This document shows, in pieces, positions 56,025-64,000 of a DNA stretch of 64,000 bases. The position numbers and the translations under genes were made by a program. How positions within the stretch are numbered: the first letter of the stretch is position 1; every line of letters starts with the position of its first letter. The DNA is taken from IMG/VR virus record IMGVR_UViG_3300043395_003024, positions 1 through 64,000 of that record; one strand, 5' to 3'. Source of the stretch: a virus. A model generated the notes under the pieces. The model saw only the letters and a list, made by a program, of their open reading frames with translations, was not told where the DNA came from and did not search any database.

Positions 56025-59000
56025 TAGCGGCGCTCCTTATTAGAGCGTTCCTTGGCTTCAATTTTTGCAATAACCATATTGGCGATAGCTTCTGGCGATT
56101 GATTAGTTCCGTTTATTTCAAATGAATAGTAGTTTGTTGTGTTTCCGCCTCCCGAAGAAACTGCAGAAACTGGACGCATGCTTGTCGTGTCTCCGATTCC
56201 AGGCCCTGGTACAACATGAAGGTGGCGATTTGCCATACTTCCGTGGAACTCGGCAAATCCGCCATTTGCATGCACAAGCTTTGCGTATTGACCAAGATTC
56301 TGTCCGATTAGGTCGTATGCAGCACCGGTGGCATGGTCTGAACTTGGAGAGCCAAGTGCATAATTTCTGAGGCTTGACGTTATTGTCCTCTTTCCGGTTA
56401 GCTGCCCATTCATTGCAGCATGGCGGGCCATTGTTTGAGACAGTTTGCTTGTAGATGTATCGCCGATGCGCCCTGCTCGTGATGTAGATGTATCTCCACT
56501 ATCTGGAGGTTTTAATTCACCAGTCTGAGAGTTGTACTTGAGCCCCTTTGTCCACCAGTCAGGACCGGCAGCTGGACCAGTAAATGCATCCTTAACTGCT
56601 TTATTGAAATTATCTAGTGCTGTTGCGATATCGCCAGTTGCATTGACAAGCTTATTTAGCTCTGTTTTGTCTTGTTGACCTACTGTAAGCCCCTGGAAAG
56701 CCGGATTGAGGGCAGCAAGTGCGGCAGCTGGGTCTTCTGAGTTAAGTGCTTCTTCAAGTGGGCTTAGTCTAAATCCTGCAGCATTTGCTCCAGCAGCAGG
56801 CCTTTGGCCATAGGCGGACAATTGCTTCAGGAATTTATCCTTATCTTCGGGACTCATTGATGCAATCGCGCCCTCAAGTCTCTTTGTATCAACAGTCATA
56901 CCCCTGTCGGCAAGAATTCCGCGAATTTGAGTTCCAGCTTCTGCTGCGACTCCTGTATTTATTTGCTGTTGTGCTTGCTGAAATAGGGGATTATTTAAGA
57001 AGAACTGTGACATGCCTTCAAATTCTTGGTTTTTACCAAATATTCCCTTATCTGCACCTTGTCCAAACATTTCATTGAATGCACCAAATGCTTTAAATGC
57101 ATCACCACCAGATGCAGCCAATATTTGCGAGAAAACCTGCTCCATACCGGCATTAACAGCACCCATTTTCGTGGCTTCGGAGCCTTTGCCGCGAAGAACA
57201 TCTCCAACTTGGCGCATATTTTGATTTAGGGCCTGCTGTGCTTCCTTCTGCTCTCTATCCTTCTTAAAAGGATTTGCACCAGCGAGGAATATATCAGTTA
57301 TTGCAGCATTTAGTTGGTCTTTATTTTTCTTAAGATTTTTTGTAAACTTTCCTAATAGTGTATCGTAATCGAGTGTTGCATCATAAAGATTTACGCCCAT
57401 AGTTTGGGCAAGTAATTCAAGTTCTGCAGTACTTTTGCCAGTTGCTCTAGATAGTGCATCAAGTCTTTTTGCGTTTACAGCATCTATTTTTGCATAGTCG
57501 TCTCTGAGGCCGCCTTCTTTAAAAATTTCATCTATCGTAGTCCCACCGGCGGCACGCATCGCCTTTTTTTGGTCAGCAGTAAGACCCTTAGCGCTCTGTG
57601 TTCTAAAATAGGCGTCGAGTGTTTGTTGCTTGCGATTATGATAATCGTACTTTACTGAACCATCTGTTTGTTTTTCGCCGACCACTCCTGCAGCCTCTAG
57701 TGATGAAATTATGTCAAGTCGTGCTTGTTGTGCTTTTTCTGACATGGTTTTACCCATTGTCAAAAATGATGCAGTAGCTCCGACTAGTGATTCACCACGT
57801 TCCTGTCTTTGTTTATTCATCTGCATATTTCCAATAGCAGAGCTTGTGGCTGTTTGATAAAGGCTAGTGAACTGCTCTCTTACGGCAGCACGCGCCTGCT
57901 TCATATTTTCTTTTCCTTTATTTATGGCGCCCATAATTCCACCAAAAACAAGACCAATAGCCGCACCAGCAATCGCTGCCTGTGGTCCGAACATCGCACC
58001 AAGTGAAGCACCGCCCGCGGCACCGGAAAGCGCACCCTTCATCGCGCCCTTTGCCTTCATCGCGCCACCAATGCCAGCAACGGCAAGTCCTGCACGTGGG
58101 TCAAATTGGGATACTGTTGCGCCTAGCGCCATTGCTCCACGCATCTCTTCTGGCGCATACTGGCTCATGAGGCCAAGACCCATGCTTGTGCCCATACGGC
58201 CCGTCATACTGCCAGCAAATTTTTGGTTGTAGGCTTGTCCAAATTTTGACTGGCTTCTCGTAACCCTATTCATTCCACGCTTATAGTCAAGCTTTGCAGC
58301 CATAGTTCGCAAGCGTCCAACTTTTTCACCACCTGGAGGGGCAATTATCTGGTCACGCCTAGCCCGAAGTTGTGCTTCTTGACCAGCTATGTCATAGAAC
58401 TCGCCTTTTTCCCTGTCAAAACCCGCAGAATTAAAATATGCCATGGCGCCTTTGTACCCACCGGCTGCTCGCTTCATGCCATATTTAACCTCCTGGAGCC
58501 CGCGTGAACCTGCGAGTTTTACACGCCTCGCATCATTGGCGATTCCCTGCCCGATGCCGACTGGGCGCGGCTCATTTTTGTACTGAGATACGGCACCCTT
58601 TGTGCGCAAAACTTTTTGGATTATCTGTTCTCTATCTGTTTTCGGAGTTAAACCCGTAATCCCTCTACCTGTCGCTATCGAGTGAAGCTCATCCATGGAG
58701 CGTCCACGCAGTGACTGTTCCGCCCTAAATCTTGCGCTCTTAAGGAGGTTGTAGTTTGGATTTGGTACGGTTGTTCCACCCGGCCCTCTCATTGTTGGGT
58801 TTGCATATGGGTCGGCTGGCTGACCAAATAGTGCATACCCAAGACCGCGCCCAGTCATCTTAAAATCTCTATAGTTGTCTCGTCTACGCGTATCTATGTC
58901 ACTGTATTTGACATTAAGACGGCTGCCAATTTTTACGCTTTTGCCAAATCGCGCATAATTATCTCTACTTATGTCTTTTATGTTTGAGTAAAGTGGCCTG

Positions 59001-60838
59001 CTTGGGTATACACCCATTGGCATGGTCATGCCTGGCGCTGCGTAGCTTCCGCTACCCCCGCCGTAAGCGCTTCCGTATGTTCCACGTCCACCAGATGACA
59101 AAGCTGTTGTGCCGTACCTGGCCGGGAGCGGAACTGGTCCGGGCCCACCAGCAAGCGTTGTACCATTGCGTGTCATTGGTCCGCCAGGCATGCCAACACT
59201 GACATTTGTTGCAGTGACTTGCATGTTTTGGGTAGTCATGCCAGCTTTCGGCATTAATTTACCCTTGACGCCAGCCATTCCCCTTCCAAGAACGCTGAAT
59301 CCGAGGATGGGTGCGAGAGCGCTAGCAAAACCCTTACCTGCACCAGCAGTGAATATGCCAGCAATCATATCAAACACCATTGTTAAGCCAGAAACAAGGT
59401 CATTGATAAATGGCAACATGTCCATGAACATCTTCTTTGTCTTCATGAAGAAATTAGACAGTGAATCAATTAATTTGCCGATTCTGTTTCCAAATTCAAC
59501 AACAGTGTCTTTATTCTCAACAAGAAGGTCCTTAAATAGATAAAGGTTGTCTGAACCACGCTTAAGTGCTTCCCACACTGGTTCAAAAGCTTTATATAGA
59601 ACTTTTGCGCCCTCTATGAGCGGGCGAAGTCTGTCCAAGAGCAGGTCCCACCCACGCCTAAACCGTGAAAACCAGTCACCCATTTTGTCGAATAACCCAA
59701 TAGCTCCTGGAAGATAATTTCTAATCATCTTCACAAGCCAGTTCGATGCTTTTTCTATGGCACTAGAAAAATTGTTTATAACGCCCTGTGTTCCGAAGCT
59801 GTACATGACTGCTCCGAGAATGCGCTGCATGTCGCGTCTAATAACATTGAAAACCTTGTCAAAAGCAACCTTGAGTGGTTCCAGGAACTGGTCACCAAAA
59901 TCAGCAAACTCACCCTTAACCCTGGTCATGTAGCCCTTGAGTTGACTTATTAGGGTGTTATTTACTGCGTCAAACTGGCCAGTGACGCCGCCCTTTTTAG
60001 CCAACTCACCAGACATAAGTAGGCTCTCAAATTGCTTCTTTGTCTTTACATTTGCCTTTTTAAGCGCCTGCTCCATTTCTGGACCAAGCTTTTTAGCCTC
60101 TGTAATGACGTCGGATATGCCCTTCTTCTTGTCTGAAAGCGCAGCTATAACTATTGATACCTGCTCTAAGCCCTTGGCTGGGTCTTGACCAGCAGAACCA
60201 AAATCCATAAGAGCTTTCAGAGCACCCTGGCTTTGATTTATTTGAGCTACGTTCATTGATTTTGACATATTTCCATATGCCTTATTCAGTGCCTCAACGC
60301 CAAGTGTTGCTAGGGCTGCATCACTTTGTAGGTTGCGCATACCCATGCGCGTCTGATTCATTGCTGAACCAAAAGCCGGTGCACCCTTTCCCCTGTACGC
60401 AAAAATCGCAGCTTGTTGCTCTCTTATTGCAGCGCTCGCAGACGCCAGGGCAACAGCCGCACCCGCAGCGCCGGCGGCTAACATATGCATAGCACTTCGG
60501 TATGTTTTTACCAAGAAGTTTCCTGCTGCAAACAGTGCGTGGATAGCAATCATCGAGGCACCGAGCGCTGCCATTTCTATGATTACGCCCTTAATTGCCA
60601 TTCCAAGGAACTTGGTAAGGCTCTTTCCGGCCATTTTTGCGCCGGCATCTATGAAGTCAAAGCTGCGTTTCCAGCCCTTTGTAACGCTTTCAAGATTTCT
60701 CTGCCCTAAAGCGGTGCCTCTTCCGCTTGAAAGTTTGTTGAGACGTTTTTGCAGGACGCCTAACTCGGCAATAGCACGACGTATTTCGCCAGTCTTAGCG
60801 TCAAATTTAATTTTTACTTTGACTACTTCGTCTGCCAT
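56024..60838 (-). CDS. Tape measure protein with C-terminal Zn-peptidase-like motif
   Basis: 1604 aa, Ala/Gly-rich helical; SDHATGAAYD...HLHV. Confidence 0.9.
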   Translation of the reverse strand: MADEVVKVKIKFDAKTGEIRRAIAELGVLQKRLNKLSSGRGTALGQRNLESVTKGWKRSFDFIDAGAKMAGKSLTKFLGMAIKGVIIEMAALGASMIAIHALFAAGNFLVKTYRSAMHMLAAGAAGAAVALASASAAIREQQAAIFAYRGKGAPAFGSAMNQTRMGMRNLQSDAALATLGVEALNKAYGNMSKSMNVAQINQSQGALKALMDFGSAGQDPAKGLEQVSIVIAALSDKKKGISDVITEAKKLGPEMEQALKKANVKTKKQFESLLMSGELAKKGGVTGQFDAVNNTLISQLKGYMTRVKGEFADFGDQFLEPLKVAFDKVFNVIRRDMQRILGAVMYSFGTQGVINNFSSAIEKASNWLVKMIRNYLPGAIGLFDKMGDWFSRFRRGWDLLLDRLRPLIEGAKVLYKAFEPVWEALKRGSDNLYLFKDLLVENKDTVVEFGNRIGKLIDSLSNFFMKTKKMFMDMLPFINDLVSGLTMVFDMIAGIFTAGAGKGFASALAPILGFSVLGRGMAGVKGKLMPKAGMTTQNMQVTATNVSVGMPGGPMTRNGTTLAGGPGPVPLPARYGTTALSSGGRGTYGSAYGGGSGSYAAPGMTMPMGVYPSRPLYSNIKDISRDNYARFGKSVKIGSRLNVKYSDIDTRRRDNYRDFKMTGRGLGYALFGQPADPYANPTMRGPGGTTVPNPNYNLLKSARFRAEQSLRGRSMDELHSIATGRGITGLTPKTDREQIIQKVLRTKGAVSQYKNEPRPVGIGQGIANDARRVKLAGSRGLQEVKYGMKRAAGGYKGAMAYFNSAGFDREKGEFYDIAGQEAQLRARRDQIIAPPGGEKVGRLRTMAAKLDYKRGMNRVTRSQSKFGQAYNQKFAGSMTGRMGTSMGLGLMSQYAPEEMRGAMALGATVSQFDPRAGLAVAGIGGAMKAKGAMKGALSGAAGGASLGAMFGPQAAIAGAAIGLVFGGIMGAINKGKENMKQARAAVREQFTSLYQTATSSAIGNMQMNKQRQERGESLVGATASFLTMGKTMSEKAQQARLDIISSLEAAGVVGEKQTDGSVKYDYHNRKQQTLDAYFRTQSAKGLTADQKKAMRAAGGTTIDEIFKEGGLRDDYAKIDAVNAKRLDALSRATGKSTAELELLAQTMGVNLYDATLDYDTLLGKFTKNLKKNKDQLNAAITDIFLAGANPFKKDREQKEAQQALNQNMRQVGDVLRGKGSEATKMGAVNAGMEQVFSQILAASGGDAFKAFGAFNEMFGQGADKGIFGKNQEFEGMSQFFLNNPLFQQAQQQINTGVAAEAGTQIRGILADRGMTVDTKRLEGAIASMSPEDKDKFLKQLSAYGQRPAAGANAAGFRLSPLEEALNSEDPAAALAALNPAFQGLTVGQQDKTELNKLVNATGDIATALDNFNKAVKDAFTGPAAGPDWWTKGLKYNSQTGELKPPDSGDTSTSRAGRIGDTSTSKLSQTMARHAAMNGQLTGKRTITSSLRNYALGSPSSDHATGAAYDLIGQNLGQYAKLVHANGGFAEFHGSMANRHLHVVPGPGIGDTTSMRPVSAVSSGGGNTTNYYSFEINGTNQSPEAIANMVIAKIEAKERSNKERR

Positions 60839-60892
60839 GCCTACTCCGAGTGATTTTTAAGTCACGTGAGTGTAAGGCGGCCGAGCTATGGG

Positions 60893-61093
60893 TTATGGGC
60901 CCTGAGTCTTCGACTTTCGCTCTTGCTCTTCGCGGTCGTTACTTATAACTTTAGCACAGGCAAGAAGTAGTAACCAGTCAGTTTCGTCTACATCCAAAAT
61001 CTCTAATGGACTGACATGAAAAAGGTCGCTAAGTCTTGCTGCGGATATAACCGTGGAATCTTCGACTAGTTCGTCGAAGACTCCTTCGTAGGG
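60893..61093 (-). CDS. Tail assembly chaperone C-terminal extension (-1 frame, gpT-like)
   Basis: Start-less ORF PYEGVFDELVED...AARLSDLFHVSPLEILD..W overlapping the end of the chaperone. Confidence 0.7.
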   Translation of the reverse strand, partial: PYEGVFDELVEDSTVISAARLSDLFHVSPLEILDVDETDWLLLLACAKVISNDREEQERKSKTQGP

Positions 61094-61617
61094 TCCACCG
61101 CTGCAACCGTATCCGAATATCCAGCAGCGTCAAGAATTGCGAGAGCTGCAGACTCAACATGTGGGTCAACGCCAAATAAAGCACGAACAGCGTCCGGAAC
61201 AGGTCTTGTCGTCTCTGTCATCTCAAGAATTGACGGGTGAGCAAAGTTGAGGTTGTTGCCATCCTCGTCAAAGATTTCCTCGTCATCCATGCAGATTCCG
61301 ACAGTCGTATGGCCAATTACGAGACAGGCAAACTTTGTGGGGTCGAGACCATTTCTAGAATCTTCGCCAGCATTCTTTCGCCAGTTTTTCATCTGCGACT
61401 GGGTGATATTGGGGCTGATGATGATACTTACGCCTGGACGCTCAGGAACCTCGATATGGACTACTGGGCGCTCAACCTTTTTGCTCACAACAGAACGCAG
61501 TCTGTCGAGCTGGGTCTCTTCCTTGGGACGCGTAGCTGATTGGTCGCGCTTGGCGGCAGTTTTGCCTGCTTTTGCATCGTCCGAGTCTTCGTTTACGTAA
61601 AGTGCATTTTCGCTCAT
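61066..61617 (-). CDS. Tail assembly chaperone (gpG-like)
   Basis: Between tube and TMP; ends ...DPTKESSTN. Confidence 0.8.
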   Translation of the reverse strand: MSENALYVNEDSDDAKAGKTAAKRDQSATRPKEETQLDRLRSVVSKKVERPVVHIEVPERPGVSIIISPNITQSQMKNWRKNAGEDSRNGLDPTKFACLVIGHTTVGICMDDEEIFDEDGNNLNFAHPSILEMTETTRPVPDAVRALFGVDPHVESAALAILDAAGYSDTVAAVDPTKESSTN

Positions 61618-61666
61618 GGAGCAGAAACTAGCACAATGTGACTAGCCAAAATTGCAACTAGTTGTT

Positions 61667-62164
61667 TTATGCGTTGTCGACGTCAGAAATCGCAAAAGTT
61701 AGTGCAAATGTTGCCGGAGCACCAGAGGACGAGTCGCCTTCTGGCTCGGTCATGCCAACCAGAAGCGCATTCGTATAGATTCTGTCGTTCGTTGGGTCCT
61801 TGATGTCACAGTCGTAAACAGATACCGTGATGTTGTAGTAGGCCGTACCGACATACTTGCGAAGGTCCTTGAGCTTCTTGCCTATGCCAGCAGCCGTGTC
61901 GGCACCATTCATATCGTCATCGTAATGCGCTGTCAAGGTGATGTCACCAATTTCTGACGGAGCACAGAGGACGGTTGGGCGAGACTTGCCACCCTCGTAA
62001 ATCTTCTCCACAGAAGCAGTGATTTCGCCACCGGAAACTTGAGCAAAGCGGAACGTGTTCCATTTTGGCAGGTTCACCTGCACATTTGTCTGCTGCTTGG
62101 CGTTGTTAGTAAAAGAACTTGGAACAATTGTCGCAAGTACTTGTCTCTGCGCTACTTTTGCCAT
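61667..62164 (-). CDS. Tail tube protein
   Basis: F..VSGG......YEGG........GDITLT; follows sheath. Confidence 0.85.
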   Translation of the reverse strand: MAKVAQRQVLATIVPSSFTNNAKQQTNVQVNLPKWNTFRFAQVSGGEITASVEKIYEGGKSRPTVLCAPSEIGDITLTAHYDDDMNGADTAAGIGKKLKDLRKYVGTAYYNITVSVYDCDIKDPTNDRIYTNALLVGMTEPEGDSSSGAPATFALTFAISDVDNA

Positions 62165-62180
62165 TGGTTACTTCCTCCGA

Positions 62181-63635
62181 TTAAACCACTGTTGAAGTGA
62201 GGTTTGACTTGACAATGTCGATTTCGATTCTGTCTCCGACGCTGCTGACGCGGACGCCAACCTTCGCCTTAACCAGACCGTCAGCAAGCTGCGAGGTTGG
62301 GTTGAGCGATGCATCGCACTTGACCACGTAGCCATTGTCTAGCTGACGACCATTTGTATCGAATGCCGGGTAAAGGGCACCGATATTGCGCATCACTGAC
62401 AGAATTGACACCAGTCTTGACTCGATATCGGAGAAGATTGTGTTTCTGCCATCGATTGAGCTGAACACAACGTCCTCGATTGAGCGGTAGCACTCTGTCA
62501 CGATTGAGTTAACAACATCCTGCTGTGTAATGTAGCGGAAATTGTCTGTATCAGATGATAGTGAACGAGCACCGTACACGCGAATTGAATTTTGGATAAT
62601 TCTAATTGCATTTACGAAGTTAGTATCCAGGTCATCACCGACTGTCTTGTTGATATCCGCCTTGAGGCCAGTCACAAACTTGGCCGAAGAAAGCAGACCG
62701 GCTGCTGGAAGGTGCGGTCCAGTTTGGTTATGAGCTACTGAACGCTTAGCTGCAACATACCCAACCGGCGGCACCATGCGTGATACGCCGGGTACTGATG
62801 TTGGAATCTGAACCCATGGGTAGTACAGGGCGGCGTGCTCTGCATTATTCTCGGACTGAAGCGTTAGCGCCTTGGCTTTGACCGTTGCCGTTGAATCGTT
62901 CTCGTCAGCGAACAACAGTGCAACTCTGCTGTAGTTGTTGCAGTGGGCGATAAGTGCAATACCCATAGCATCACTTGAATCCTCTGGGCAAACGACAGCA
63001 CCAGAGCCAAGTGCATCATTAAACAGCTCAAGCTGGTCAGCATAAACCTCATAGTCAACAGATGCGTACTGGTCATTTCCAGAGCTTAGCGAGGTAGCGC
63101 CAAGCACGTCTGGAATTAGGTCAGCGTCAACAACGGCGGCAGAGATGTAACGAGCAGCCGTAGCGCTGAGGTTAATTCGTCCAACGGCCTGAGAGGCGGT
63201 GGAAACATTTCCGGTTGAATACTTCAGCTCTCCAGCGTAGTAGACATCAATCTTGAATGTTGAACCAGTAGGATGCGTAACCGCAACATCGACGTCACCA
63301 CTCCATGCACCAGCACCATTTGCCGTGATGGTGATGACATCGTCTCCGCCATCCTGCAGCGTGAGCGTTCCGACTGTTGCAGATGCGCCGACGGCACGAG
63401 CTACATATGCACGTGTTCCACCCTCTTCGAAGAACGTCTCCAGAGTTGGGTGCATGTACGAGTACGAAAGGTACCCACCAAAAATGTCTTCAAAGTCTGA
63501 AAGACTCTCGATAAGCACTGGCTCATCTGATGGACCGCGCTCCGTGAGGCCGACAATGAATAGCTGCGAAGACTCGCGAACTGTTGCCGTCGAAGGGCCG
63601 GTTCTAACTGAAGTTGAAATGACTACGCCAGGCAT
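62181..63635 (-). CDS. Tail sheath protein
   Basis: MPGV, G.TERGP, FFEEGG, AALYYPW, PPVG, N.IR...VYGARSL. Confidence 0.95.
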   Translation of the reverse strand: MPGVVISTSVRTGPSTATVRESSQLFIVGLTERGPSDEPVLIESLSDFEDIFGGYLSYSYMHPTLETFFEEGGTRAYVARAVGASATVGTLTLQDGGDDVITITANGAGAWSGDVDVAVTHPTGSTFKIDVYYAGELKYSTGNVSTASQAVGRINLSATAARYISAAVVDADLIPDVLGATSLSSGNDQYASVDYEVYADQLELFNDALGSGAVVCPEDSSDAMGIALIAHCNNYSRVALLFADENDSTATVKAKALTLQSENNAEHAALYYPWVQIPTSVPGVSRMVPPVGYVAAKRSVAHNQTGPHLPAAGLLSSAKFVTGLKADINKTVGDDLDTNFVNAIRIIQNSIRVYGARSLSSDTDNFRYITQQDVVNSIVTECYRSIEDVVFSSIDGRNTIFSDIESRLVSILSVMRNIGALYPAFDTNGRQLDNGYVVKCDASLNPTSQLADGLVKAKVGVRVSSVGDRIEIDIVKSNLTSTVV

Positions 63636-63740
63636 AGGACCTCACTGTTTCGAATAGGGAATCCCGTTTGTATGGTCAATTGTACAGATGGGATTCTATT
63701 ATTTTGTGCAACTATGAATTGAACTTTTAAAAGAGGAAAC

Positions 63741-64000
63741 TTAATCATTTAGTGATGGCATTTCCTCGTTCGGACCAGCAGTTCGTGTTTCGATTTCTAT
63801 TTCAGAGACAATTCCGAGCGGCTCCCTAGTGACTACTTCATCTAGTTCAAGCGTGTAGGCGATATAGGCGCCGGCCATCATTCTGTCGCCTTTTAGTAAA
63901 GTGATGTCGGAGTATTCTTCCCTGATGGTATTTTCTGCGATAACAGCCCTAAATGAAGTTCTTGCGTCATAGGCCTTTAAGCATGGGTAGTCGAGAAGAG
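63741..64000 (-). CDS. Partial tail completion/terminator-like protein (5' end outside window)
   Basis: Open frame LLDYPCLK...MPSLND* immediately upstream of sheath. Confidence 0.6.
   Translation of the reverse strand, partial: LLDYPCLKAYDARTSFRAVIAENTIREEYSDITLLKGDRMMAGAYIAYTLELDEVVTREPLGIVSEIEIETRTAGPNEEMPSLND

Overview
This is 64 kb of a large dsDNA phage with a contractile tail (myovirus-like). The host is most likely an actinomycete, inferred from WhiB, a Gram-positive/actinobacterial LexA box, an LPxTG protein, a proteasome-beta-like gene and leaderless promoters. Layout: (1) 1-10 kb is a GC-rich, plus-strand 'early' region of small genes. It is saturated with a polar 10-12 bp motif, GGTGTAGGTAAG (28 exact GTGTAGGTAA copies counted by eye within 1-13 kb). 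It is also punctuated by repeated composite intergenic cassettes (hairpins, further motifs and a conserved promoter), and it appears stripped of most 4-bp palindromes. (2) 10-21 kb holds regulators, replication initiator/loader-like genes, candidate ncRNAs, tRNA-Thr, a K+ channel, WhiB, a proteasome-beta-like protease and a metallophosphoesterase. (3) 21-29 kb holds lysis genes mixed with cell-surface proteins and glyco-modifying enzymes. (4) 29.5-45.8 kb is a plus-strand block of collagen/Gly/His-rich fibre genes co-transcribed with a 2OG oxygenase, a flavin-dependent halogenase, a methyltransferase-like protein and a glycosyltransferase. (5) 45.8-64 kb is the minus-strand baseplate, tape measure, chaperone (predicted -1 frameshift), tube and sheath. 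The strongest candidates for an undescribed system are the multi-motif repeat architecture of the early region and the fibre-tailoring cluster. All counts are by eye, and family names come from motif recognition rather than database searches.
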